Shown: positions 49,505 through 60,643 of the stretch, one piece after another
Layout of the letters: each line of letters starts with the position of its first letter
Position numbering within the stretch: the first letter of the stretch is position 1
Origin: Diadema antillarum
Taxonomy: Eukaryota
Direction: 5' to 3'
Assembly (NCBI RefSeq): GCF_040938485.1
Contig: NW_027271973.1
Span: 124,001 to 188,000, forward strand
Length of the DNA stretch: 64,000 nucleotides
Program-made: the position numbers and the translations under genes
The notes under the pieces: model-generated
The model's input: only the letters and a program-made list of their open reading frames with translations
What the model was told of the DNA's origin: nothing
The model's database searches: none

Positions 49505-50326
49505 GTAGGTATTTTAATCATGGTTTACAGTGTTGCTAAGTGCTCCTCCCCTATTTTCTCTACCTTAAAGGTCAACAGCTCAGACATTGTTTGCTCCTTG
49601 CATTTAGCAATGAGCCAACATGTCTTTTTCCTTTCGTTTAAATTGTGCATATTCATAATAGTTCACTTTGCTTCACTTAGAAAACCCAATAGCCTGTGAT
49701 ACAAAGACGGATGAAACCATGTAGGCCCTATAACGTTTGACATTATTCCTTCAAATATTGCTATAAGTGTGGCTTCTTAATTTAAAAAAAAAACCTCAAA
49801 AAGAATGTAGAGAAAAAGAAAATGACATTTCAACAGGTTCAAGCAAAGTCGGATATGATTATAGGATGTTGAAGTTTCACACATTTTCGTGAAACAGTGA
49901 CATCGTTAATTCACAACAACGTACTTTAGCCAAGGATGATAATTATGTCATATCATTTCTATGACTCTCCCGATGTATATATACTGTTCATAAAAACCGA
50001 TTACTTTTGTCAATGATACAGCTATTATGAACTTCACCAACAGGTATTGCACAAAGTCGTCTGTGGTTATAAAGTGAAACTCCAGAACGCTTTAATGCGA
50101 CTGGCATAGTATTTTCTTCTTTTATATCTTTCCCTTATTTCTATCCATCCTATAATGATCATGCAGTAAACTATCCATCAATATAAAATCATGATAGGTA
50201 ATGGAGTGTCAGGTTGGAAAACCTGAAGGAAAATTCAATCTCAGTGTTGTGCATGGTTGTAAAATTATAGTAATTCATATTTTTTCACCCTCTCTCCTGG
50301 CTCATCTTTCTTATCTTGTTCGAAAG

Positions 50327-50945
50327 TGCGTGGTTGAGCTTCGTCGCCATCTTCATTGGCGCGTGTGTGCTTGCCTGGTTCCTCATCACCGCCCTTGTCG
50401 TGTGCTACCAAGTAATGACGAGGAGGAATTCGACCACCGTTCTTCCCCGGTGGGTGTCGAGGTGTAGAGAAGGAGCCTCCCAGGACAACGGGACACGCAG
50501 GTACATTAGCTACCAGCCAATTGTCCACTACGACTTGGCCAAAGTCCCCATCGTTACAGACTGTGAACGGAGGTCGAGCTCGGGATCGTCGGTTACGGAA
50601 TACCTTATGGAGCATGCGCCCATGCCAGTTTGTCCGACCATGGAGCTAAAACCTAAGTGGGAGAACAACGATGAGGGCGCCCCTGCATCCTCTTCTGACA
50701 ACACCAATGCTTTGTGGGAATACTTCCCCGAAGAGTTCGAAAGACGGTTTAACAGGTCGACCGAGGTCGGCAATGATGCGGACGCTGGCTATTCTGAGAG
50801 CAGTATCGATGACGATGATGACGATGTCAGAATGTACAATGAACCCAGGTGGGAAGATTGTTTCAACAGTGACCTCACCGACGGCTCCTTTGTCCAGCCC
50901 GATGACGACAACGTCAGCCTGACAGATGAACACGATGAAACGTGA
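50327..50945 (+). CDS. Terminal exon of the same protein: transmembrane helix and acidic cytoplasmic tail
   Basis: A long pyrimidine tract and AG at 50325-50326. CAWLSFVAIFIGACVLAWFLITALVVCY followed by the stop-transfer MTRR, an acidic tail and TGA at 50943-50945. Confidence 0.7.
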
Positions 50946-51589
50946 AAAGGGTTATGCATGATATTCGCCGCTATAGAAACTGAGTTAATGTATTCAGAGT
51001 TTGTGATAAGTTGCAAGAGGACATTAACATGATACACTGATTATTCTTCAGCCATACCTTGGCAAACTAGAATGCAAAGTAAGATGCGTTTTCCACCCTA
51101 CAAAAAATAAGATGACAAGAAACAAACAAACGAACAACGAAACGATGAGCAAAAATAGACATGTTCCATATTGCCTTCTCAAAACTATTCTGCGAAAATA
51201 AACTGAAAGCAGTATGACTCTACATAAATAGGTATACATGTAGTTCATGGTTGGTGGTTGTGCTGAAGAAAACACATCTATAATGGTATAGAATCACTAC
51301 ATGATAATAATCACAATGTCCTATTTGGCAAGAATGCCGTCACACTATTTACGGTCATGTTATATTTAAGATTTTGTGAAACTCGATCCGTTTTTATTGC
51401 AGTCGAAAGACCCACAGCAAAGGAAGCAAAGAAAATGTGCGGGTGTGGTCTGAAGTAGAGTTCTGCAACAGCAATTGTCGCAACACTCAAGGAACTTTTA
51501 TACTGACAAAGCGGTTGCGATCTATGGAAATTTGCAAATGAGTCGGGGTGGGGCTGATTTGAACAAGACAAATAAAATGAAATATTTAA

Positions 51590-51971
51590 AGGGAATGTAT
51601 AGTTTTGGTTGACACCTAAATTTCAGGTTTCTAACATTTTTTTGGTAAGATAATGAGAAACCCTTTATAAAATATGAAAGAGCATGTAATTCATGAGGAA
51701 TTCAACGTTTATTTGATGAAAATTGGTTTTGAAATGGCTGAGATATCCAAAACAGAGCAATTCTAATAAGTGGGGGACCCACACTTTATTATGATCGCTT
51801 TGTTTTCCTTTGTTTTTGGATGTTTCCGTCATTCCGAACCCGATTTTCATCAAATAAACTTTGAATTCCTTTTAAAATGGCATGCTCTGTACTATTTCAT
51901 AAGTGTTTTCGTGATATTTTTCAAAAAGTTAAAAGCCCAATTCTCATCTCCACCAATACTGTACTATCCCT
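51590..51971 (-). mobile_element. Kolobok-like MITE, family A (inverted copy of 440-820)
   Basis: TTAA at 51586-51589 and 51972-51975. The reverse complement aligns along the whole length of 440-820. Confidence 0.8.
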
Positions 51972-54900
51972 TTAAATGAAAGTATGAATATTCAACTACG
52001 AATGAAAATTGAACAACTCGAAATTGACGATGCGTACGCCATTAAAGAAATTTTATGAGTTTTCCTCTTGGCAGTATGCTTTAGTAGCATCATCAACGCG
52101 ATTTCCATGAATCGAAAAGTATACAATAAGCTGGCTTTTTGCCATTCCAGCTTCATTCATCTGCATCGTGAAATTTCCATTTATGGGCCAAGAACTTTCT
52201 GTCGTACTTCTCTATTTATGTGTTAGTGTGTGTGTGTATCTTTTTCTGTCCTCCTCAGACCCACATACTTTATTATATGTGTTTAATTACCTCCATCAGG
52301 TTTCGTATACTCTAACTGAAATCTTATAAAAGTTTGCGTCAATGTTGTGCCACAATGGCAGTATGTGGTGGTCGCAAATCATTTTTTTTTTTAATGGGGA
52401 AGTATAACATAGGATCCCTCTCATACTTTTTTTTCAGTGCGTTTCATTCACTGCGTTCACGCTTATGTTCCGTATGTCATTATTCCTTCTAATTCCAGGC
52501 TTTATACACCACTGTGCAATGTTTTTGTCTATATCAATAAAGTAAATCATGACATTCATGATATAGTGTGAAGAAATAAAACATTGTCTATCTGAATCGC
52601 TGTCTGAGTATAATACATAATGCTAAATTGACGACTATGTTTTATTCTAATCATCCATCTTTAAAAGCGCAATTCCATACCCTGCTCAAGTTGGCCTTCA
52701 TACATAGTGAATAGCAGCACCAGATGGGACCTGCATCATAAATTTGAAACTAAAATAAGAAAGTTACAAAATCAAGCTTTACATGTTATCATCAATCAGT
52801 GGTAATAGTCGGCACTCAGGGCCTATATACTCATATCAATATTGACAGTGGCGATGACGTCATCATTTTACAAATCTCCCATAATGACTATCCACAAACC
52901 TTTAGGCCTACTTAATTTCCTTGTTTTTGACATGAAGTGAAACAGAAACCATCATCGCCTCACATGACTGTATGAATAACGATATTCTGGTATTAATCTT
53001 TTTGTAAAAGTACAGACCAAGAATATGATTTTGATAACAACTTCTTTTTATACAATCACCAAAGAGAGGGTTGTGAAATGATGACATCATAATTGTCTTA
53101 ATATTTGCTATTCGTAGGTGAAAAATATGCGAAACGTCAAGATTCCATAACTTTCGTTTGTAATATCCAATTTGGATGAATCTTCTATTATTGTGTTCAT
53201 GCAATGGTCCCTTTAACATTGAAGATACCTCGGCCATGGTGTGGGGACGGCGCCTTTAGATTGATCAAGGAGTTATCAAACAACTCTTGGATTGATATGA
53301 TATACAGTAGCTCCATTTATACAGTGAGATAGACTTGTTGGAATTTTGTTGTTGTTTTTTAATGGTTTTTACGCCATTGGTCCCGCTACCTGATTTTCCG
53401 TCTATCCATTTGCTTCAATAAACTCCATGTATCAACCATAATTGGGGAAATTTACAAGTTTTCGGACAGGGGTTTAGAGCCAAAACCTCCAATAATACCG
53501 ATGTAAATAATAAAGATGAAATTAAAAGCAACACTTGGAGGAGTTAAAGAATACTACGTCAGTAACAAAAAGTCGACCGAACGAAATGAGACTGAAGAAA
53601 CAGATGTGAAACAAAATAATGCAAATACTCTACGGATCTACACCACTTTAGATGTGACTCATCAAAACGGATCACTTTGCCATGGACCACTGTGTACAAA
53701 AAATGACGCACCACACAGTATGATAATAAAATCACCTTTAGTCATTATGACGCTTCGAAAATGTACAACAAATCCGCAGACAACGCCAAGAATACATTTA
53801 AGGAGTTCAAATCCCAGGTCACTAATCAATGTAGCTGTAGAGATGCTTCTGTAACTTTAGACAAGATTACATTTTGTATAATAATCTCATGACACTTTTG
53901 AAAGCGAATTAGCGGGGACCCATTCCCATTGATGACGACTTCGTGTCGTCAACATTGAATATCAGCCAGGAGCGAAGATCGTCGATCCTCAGTCTGCCTG
54001 ACGTCATTGACATATTCCTCAGTAATCACGACCTACGACTCCTCNNNNNNNNNNNNNNNNNNNNNNNNNNNNNNNNNNNNNNNNNNNNNNNNNNNNNNNN
54101 NNNNNNNNNNNNNNNNNNNNNNNNNNNNNNNNNNNNNNNNNNNNNNNNNNNNNNNNNNNNNNNNNNNNNNNNNNNNNNNNNNNNNNNNNNNNNNNNNNNN
54201 NNNNNNNNNNNNNNNNNNNNNNNNNNNNNNNNNNNNNCACGCTCTAGCAGCCAACAGCAAACTCGTGAGCTAGCTGTGGCAAAATCTTCGTTTAGCCATT
54301 GTTTCCTTCCCGTGTCCTTTGAGTAATACATGCTTGATTCACGTCTTCGTGTAGCCTTTGATTTGTGTGTTGATCGGGTGCTATCACATGACCTTGAGGT
54401 ATAGACATTGATCATCATACTTTTTTCGGCTGTTGTTGGCTTTTTACCAAGTTCGGGGCCATCAAGTTCGTATGACCGTCTTGTGTCAGCTTCAAGAAAG
54501 TGTGATATGCTCAAACTGCGCAAGAATGCTTTTCGACACCCATTTGTTGGGGAAGATTTCCTCCGAATATCGGCCTTTACCCTTCATATTTTGAACATCG
54601 CGTGTCCTCCTCAAATCATTCGTATGCTCAGTGAAAACAGTCCTAAGAAAATAATTATACAAAGTCCGCGCACCCCCACAAAGAAGTCCAAAGTTCATAG
54701 TAAATATAATAATAGGATAGACCACCCTCCCTGGATAGACGGCACGTTATCTTTAGTGCACTTTCCAGGGTCTTGTGTTTAAAGGGTCACAGAGGGTTAA
54801 CATCACTCAAATATTGTCAGCAGATTATTCAACCAGGAATTTGATCTCCAATCTGAATAGATTTCATTTGTTTACCCTCGCAGCTATACCGCAGTGCTTG

Positions 54901-55065
54901 TACTAGGACCCAATTCACTTTGCTTAATAATTCCGCTCATGCTGCGAATGGAAATACAGTTGATAGTTGCTGTATTACATCGCGTAAAAACGCAAGTTCA
55001 CCTCTGTTTCATAAGACTCGATTTGTTGGAATTAAAGTGAAATCCGTGGTCTACATCTGATCATC

Positions 55066-55622
55066 ATGCCTTCTGCTAATCAGTTCGCCGTATTGTTCCA
55101 GGCGGCTTTGGCCATCTGCTGTATAGTCATAGCAGGCTATGTAGCGCTCCCTTACAAACTTGGCTTCCCACCGAACCTCTCCGGAGGCGATCGTCTGGTC
55201 TTCGCATTCCGCTGCCTGTCGTTCTCTGCTCTCCCTCTATTCGTCTGTGTGAACAGAGTAGGCTCTCAGCGATTTGCCAACATGGAACACTAGGTGCTCA
55301 TCCCACGGCCCCTGTGGCCCCGTCCATGACGACCTTCGTGACCTATCAGAGGATCCTCCAGAATACCGTGGAGCAAACCCTCCTGCATGTCTTAGCTGTC
55401 TTGGGGATGGCCTCTTGTCTGGAGGTTGACCGGCTGCAGTTGGTACCGCTCCTCGTCTTGCTCTTTGTTGTTGGTCGCACCTTTTTCTTCGTGGGATACG
55501 TCGTCAAACCGATTCTCCGAGGATTTGGTTTCGCCTTGACCTCCATCCCTACCATGCTCGGGATACTGTACTCCGTGCACAACGTCGCCTGGCAAGTCTA
55601 CAACGGCCAGAAGACGCCATAA
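55066..55622 (+). pseudogene. TMEM79/MAPEG-like paralog 1 with a single 1-nt frameshift (pseudogene or assembly error)
   Basis: Collinear with 60086-60643, but reads ATGGAACAC where the paralog reads ATGGAAACAC (about 55286), giving TAG at 55291-55293. No other lesion seen. Confidence 0.7.
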
Positions 55623-56310
55623 TGTGACAGCTCAGAGGAACGAAATGTGCAAGCAATTCATGGCTTTAATCCAACGGATTGACCTTAGTAAAGAGATATG
55701 AAAGACTTGAAACGAGGAAGAAGATTTCTGGAGAGAGCTAGCGATGATTCTTTATATGCAGAAACATAGGGTATGCTCAGTCTTCTTTGTAGTGATAGGC
55801 GAGTACTGAAAAACTTTCAGTAACGACTTACAGATTTGAGTAATATGTAATAGAATAATTAATGCAAATTCAATTGTAATGAAGCATCATTTTCAGAGTA
55901 TGAACAGTTTGTATTTAGTTTGCGAGTGAAATGGAAACTAAAAAAGCCATTGTGATGTAGGTTTCATCCATTAATTATATGCTTATGCGTTATCAGTATT
56001 GGAAGGTGCTGTAGGCGTCCTGCTTAATACTTTTTGACCGTAAATCACAGCCATGAAGCATTATCATTACCACTTACCCAGTTTAAAAAGAATTGACTCT
56101 ATTTCTTTCTTTCTTTCTTTTTTAAAACATGTCGTAAGAATCAAACACTAATGTTCGATTTGTTGAAGAAAAGGTAATCATTCGTATTTCTTGGTTGTAT
56201 AAACAAGTGAGTGCATTACATTTATGAATACGTCTACCAATGGCGTCTTAATTCAGGAAGACATAATTTTCACAGACAGCTTTTGCTTTGTTTTAGGCCT
56301 ATTTGTTTAC

Positions 56311-57988
56311 TTTTTATACCCCCGCCACACTTAGTGTGAAGGGGTATATAGGAATCACCGTGATGTTGGTCGGGCGGTCGGGCGGTCGGTCTGTTGCAAA
56401 ATCTTGCTTTGCGAACTCCTTCTACAGTTTTGAAGCAATTTAAATGAAACTTAGGGTAAATGATGATATTGAGGTTTTGTGTGTGTGTGTCGGACAATGC
56501 GTTGCCATGGTAACCACAATTTAACCAAAACCTTAAGGATGGAACTACTTCCATAGTATTTCAGCAATCAATTTCAAATTTGGTATCTATGATGATCTAT
56601 AGGTGTAGTTATGCAAGACACTCTTTGTGTTTGTATTTGACGAAGCGTTGCCATGGTAACCGCATGTTTTCTTCGAAATCCTGTGGAGTGAACAACTTCT
56701 ACAGTTTTGAAGCAATTTAAATGAAACTTGGGGTAAATGATATTGAGGTATAGATGTGTAAGACATGGTTTTTTGTGTGTGTTTGTCGGAGAATGCGTTG
56801 CCATGGTAACCACAATTTTACCAAAACCTTGTGGAGGGAACTACTTCCATAGTATTTAAGCAATCAATTTCAAAATTGGTATCTATGATGATCTATAGGT
56901 GTAGTTATGCAAGGCACTCTTTGTGTTTGTACTTGACGAAGCGTTGCCATGGTAACCGCATGTTTTCTTCGAAATCCTGTGGACTGAACAACTTCCACAG
57001 TTTTGAAGCAATTGCAATCAAATTTAGTAGGCATTGTGGCCTTGAGGCATAGATGTGGAACACATAATTTTTGGGTTTGTCAGACAAAGCATTGCCATGG
57101 TAACCATAATATTACCAAAACCTTGTGGATGGAATAACTTCCCCATCATTCAAGCAATTAAGGTCAAATCTAGTATGTATGATGATCGGGAGGTGTAGTT
57201 ATGCAAGCCAATGTGTTAATATAAGAAAAATGTGTTGCCATGGTAACAACTCATTTTTGTATCGAATTGAACCATTTAATCTATGAAGGTGAAATTTAGT
57301 GTGTATGATGCTCTTTATGTGTAGTTTTGCAAAATGTCCTTTGTATTTGTATCGGACAATGTGTTGCCATGGTAAGCGCATTTTTTTTATATCCTGTGGA
57401 GTGAACTTCTTCCACAGTTTTCAAGCAATTGAAACCAAATTTGGTAGGCATTATGGCCCTGAGGTATAGATGTGGAACACATAATTTTTGTGTTTGCCAC
57501 ACAAACCGTTGCCATGGTAACCATAATTTTACCAAAAGCTTGCAGATCGAATAACTCTTCCATCATTCAAGCAATTAAAGTCAAATTTAGTATGTATCAT
57601 AATCTAAAAGTGTAGTTTTGCAAGACACCAATGTGTTAGTATATATAAGGAAAATGTATTGCCATTGTAACCACTCATTTTTGTATCAAAATAAACAATT
57701 CAAGCTGTGAAGGTCAAATTTGGTGTGTATGATGGTCTTTAAGTGTAGTTATGCAAAATGTCCCTTGTGTTTGTATCAGACAATGCATTGCCATGGTAAC
57801 CACACTTTTTACCCAAACCTTGTGGAACCAACTGTTACCATAGCACTCGCAACTGTGGTCACAATTTGTTTGTATGATAACTCGACAAGTGCACAAACTT
57901 GGTATTAACGTCATTGCCCTCATGACATCACACACTATAAATCAACACTCGGGGCGGGGGTATTAATCACCTTCAGTGATAATTCTAG
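56311..57988 (+). mobile_element. Helentron/HINE-like element with a 130-150-bp satellite array
   Basis: 5' T-run and hairpin TATACCCC..CACAC-TTA-GTGTG..GGGGTATA (56315-56348). (GGTCGGGC)n microsatellite. Subterminal IR ATACCCCCGCC (56316) / GGCGGGGGTAT (57953). 3' hairpin ATCAC-CTTCA-GTGAT, then CTAG and a T-run. Absent from the paralogous unit. Confidence 0.85.
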
Positions 57989-58323
57989 TTTTTACTGTTA
58001 TTGCTGTTTTGCCTGTGTCCATGTTTGGAGATCTAAATTCAGTGATTTTAAGACAAAATGCTCATAATTATTTCGCTTTACGATTAGCTATGTTTTTTTT
58101 TTTGTTACTGTTGTTGTTGGAAGTAATCTCCTATTTTAAATGTGGAAAGAAATAAAGGAGAGTCCCATGCTCTTGGTCAATCAATTTTTCTGTTCATGTA
58201 ATGTTCTAGGACGTTTTATTCAATCAGTGTAATTAATGAATTCAGTTATAAATTCAAGAATACGGCTAAGATAGCACCATGCAGATGGCATATAATAATC
58301 CTTTGCGCTTCAAGGGCCCTTAA

Positions 58324-58893
58324 AGGACAAGTTCACCTTCATAAACATACGGATTGAGAGAATGTAGCAATATTAGTAGAACACATCATTGAAAGTTTGA
58401 GGAAAATCAGACAATCCGTTCAAAAGTTATGAATTTTTGAAGTTTTTGTGCAGTACCCGCTGGATGAGAAAACTACTGCAGTGTATGAATAACTTAGATG
58501 TCACATGCGTACAACAATATAAGGAAAATATAAAGAGAATTTCACAAAATTCCATCTTTTGAAAAAAAGTACACATTCCCCTGACTCGTAACCGATAAAT
58601 GTTATGGGTAATATTATTCCCCGTGCCTTTAGAAAGAGGCAAGTCAATTGCTCTTTTATCATGCGAAAAAAGTGAAAATATGTTGAATTTTCTTTCATAT
58701 TTTCTTTATACTGTTGTACGCATATGACTCACAAGCTGTAGTAGTCTCCTCATCCAGCGGTTCCAACACAAAAATTTAAAAAAATCATAACTTTTGCATC
58801 GATTGTCCAATTTTCCTCAAACTTTCACTGATGTGTTCTACTAATATTGTTGCATTTTCTCAATCCTTATGTTTATGAAGGTGAACTTGTCCT
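58324..58893. mobile_element. Kolobok-like MITE, family B (inverted copy of 35078-35652)
   Basis: TTAA TSD (58320-58323, 58894-58897) and 22-bp TIRs. Absent at the paralogous site near 61770. Confidence 0.85.
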
Positions 58894-59391
58894 TTAAAAA
58901 GGGGGCCCTGGACACCCCCCCCCCCCCTCCCCCAGCAAATATTAAGTATAGGGACTTCGGGTTCGTGATGTGCACTGTGCACGTATTAAACACAGCATCG
59001 CAGACCAGTGTCCTTTGAGTACATGCTTGATTCACATCTTCGTGTAACCTTTAATTTTTGTGTTGTTCAGGTGCCATCACATGACCTTGAGGTATAGACA
59101 TTGATCATCATACTTGCTTCGGCTGTTGTTGGCTTTTTACCAAGTTTGGGGCCATCAAGTTCGTATGAGTATGACCATTTTGTGTCAGTTTCAAGACAGT
59201 GTGACACACGACTTTCGCACATACGTAACTATATAGGTCATTAGAACTACGCTCAACTACGCAAGAATGTTTTTCGGCACCATTGTGGGGGAAGTTTTCC
59301 TTCGAATACCGGCCTCGGTTTATACCGTTTATATTTTAAACACCGTGTGTCCTCCTCAAATCATTCGTATGCTCAGTGAAAACAGTCCTAA

Positions 59392-59684
59392 AGCAAGGTT
59401 CCCACTTAGCCGAGTTGGAGTCTCGAGTTGTGCCGAGCTGCGCGAGTTTGAGTTCAGCACGAGTTACTTCGAGTTAGGGAAATTTTTGAACATGTTCAAA
59501 AATTTTGGAACCACTCGCGAGTTCACGGGGAGTTTTGCAGATTCACTACGAGTTACGCGAGTTGTCGGGAGTTACCCGAGTTATACATGAAGAGCTTTAC
59601 GCGAGTTATCGCAAGTGCCGGGAGGCAACTTGCCACAACTCGCCAAAGTTCGGCACTGTAACTCGGCTAAGTGGGAACCCTGCT
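59392..59684. mobile_element. PIF/Harbinger-like MITE about 400 bp upstream of TMEM79-like paralog 2
   Basis: TAA TSD (59389-59391, 59685-59687). TIRs AGCAAGGTTCCCACTTAGCCGAGTT / AACTCGGCTAAGTGGGAACCCTGCT. The empty site in unit 1 lies near 54642. Confidence 0.85.
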
Positions 59685-60085
59685 TAAATTAATTCTACAA
59701 AGTCCGCGCACACCACAAACAAGTCCAAAGTTCATATAAGATAGGCCTGGCACGTCATCTTTAGTGCATAATGGTTCGCTCTTTCCAGGGTCTTTTGTGT
59801 TTAATGGTCACTGAGGGTTAACATCACTCAAATATTGTCAGCAGATTATTCAACCAGGAATTTTATCTCCAATCTGAATAGATCTCATTTGCTCACCCTC
59901 GCAGCTGTACCGTACTATAGGACCCAATTCACTTTGCTTAATTCATTCCGCTCATGCTGCGAATGGAAGTAGTTGATTTAGTTGCTGTATTGGGGTACAT
60001 CGAGTAAAAACGCAAATCCAGCTGTGTTTGAAAGACTATATATTTTCACTTGTTGGAATTAAAGTGAAATCAGCGGTCTATCGCC

Positions 60086-60643
60086 ATGCCTTCTGCGAAT
60101 CAGTTATTCGTCTATTTCCAGGTGTCCATGGCATTATGCTGTATAGTCATCACAGGCTATGTAGCGCTCCCTTACAAACTTGGCTTCCCACCGAACCTCT
60201 CCGGAGGCGATCGTCTGGTTTTCGCATTCCGTTGCCTGTCGTTCTCCGCTCTCCCTCTACTCTACTGTGTGAACAAAGTAGGCTCTCAGCGATTCGTCAA
60301 CATGGAAACACTAGGTGCCCATCCCACGGCCCCTGTGGCCTCGTCCATGACAACCTTCGTGACCTACCAGAGGATCCTCCAGAATACCCTGGAGCAAACA
60401 CTCGGGCATGTCTTAGCTGTCCTGGGGATGGCCTCTTGTCTGGAGGTTGACCGGCTGCAGTTGGTACCGCTCCTCGTCTTCCTTTTTGTCGTTGGTCGGA
60501 CCTTTTTCTTTGTGGGATACATCGTCAAACCGATTCTCCGAGGATTTGGTTTCGCCCTAACCTTCATCTCTACCACGCTCGGGATATTGTACTCCGTGCA
60601 CAACGTCGCCTGGCAAGTCTACAACGGCCAGAAGACGCCATAA
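60086..60643 (+). CDS. TMEM79 (mattrin)-like / MAPEG-superfamily membrane protein, 185 aa, intronless
   Basis: Several hydrophobic helices. RLVFAFRC, QNTLEQ and LQLVPLLVFLFVVGRTFFFVGY..PILRGFGFALTF resemble TMEM79 RLIYTLRC and LKLLPLLTGLFAVSRLIYW..RSFRGFGYGLTF (recalled from memory). Orthology not established. Confidence 0.75.
   Translation: MPSANQLFVYFQVSMALCCIVITGYVALPYKLGFPPNLSGGDRLVFAFRCLSFSALPLLYCVNKVGSQRFVNMETLGAHPTAPVASSMTTFVTYQRILQNTLEQTLGHVLAVLGMASCLEVDRLQLVPLLVFLFVVGRTFFFVGYIVKPILRGFGFALTFISTTLGILYSVHNVAWQVYNGQKTP

Larger units (their letters stand above)
40549..54237. other. Four assembly gaps: 40549-40722, 47720-47864, 48465-48620 and 54045-54237
   Basis: Runs of N; ORFs containing X in the track are artefacts of these gaps. 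Confidence 0.99.

Noticed and set aside
53930-54044. Coding-looking CpG-rich stretch beside a gap (RIDDLRSWLIFNVDDTK on the minus strand, faintly LINE RT-like)
   Set aside because: All minus frames have stops and the region is truncated by Ns; it cannot be assigned.
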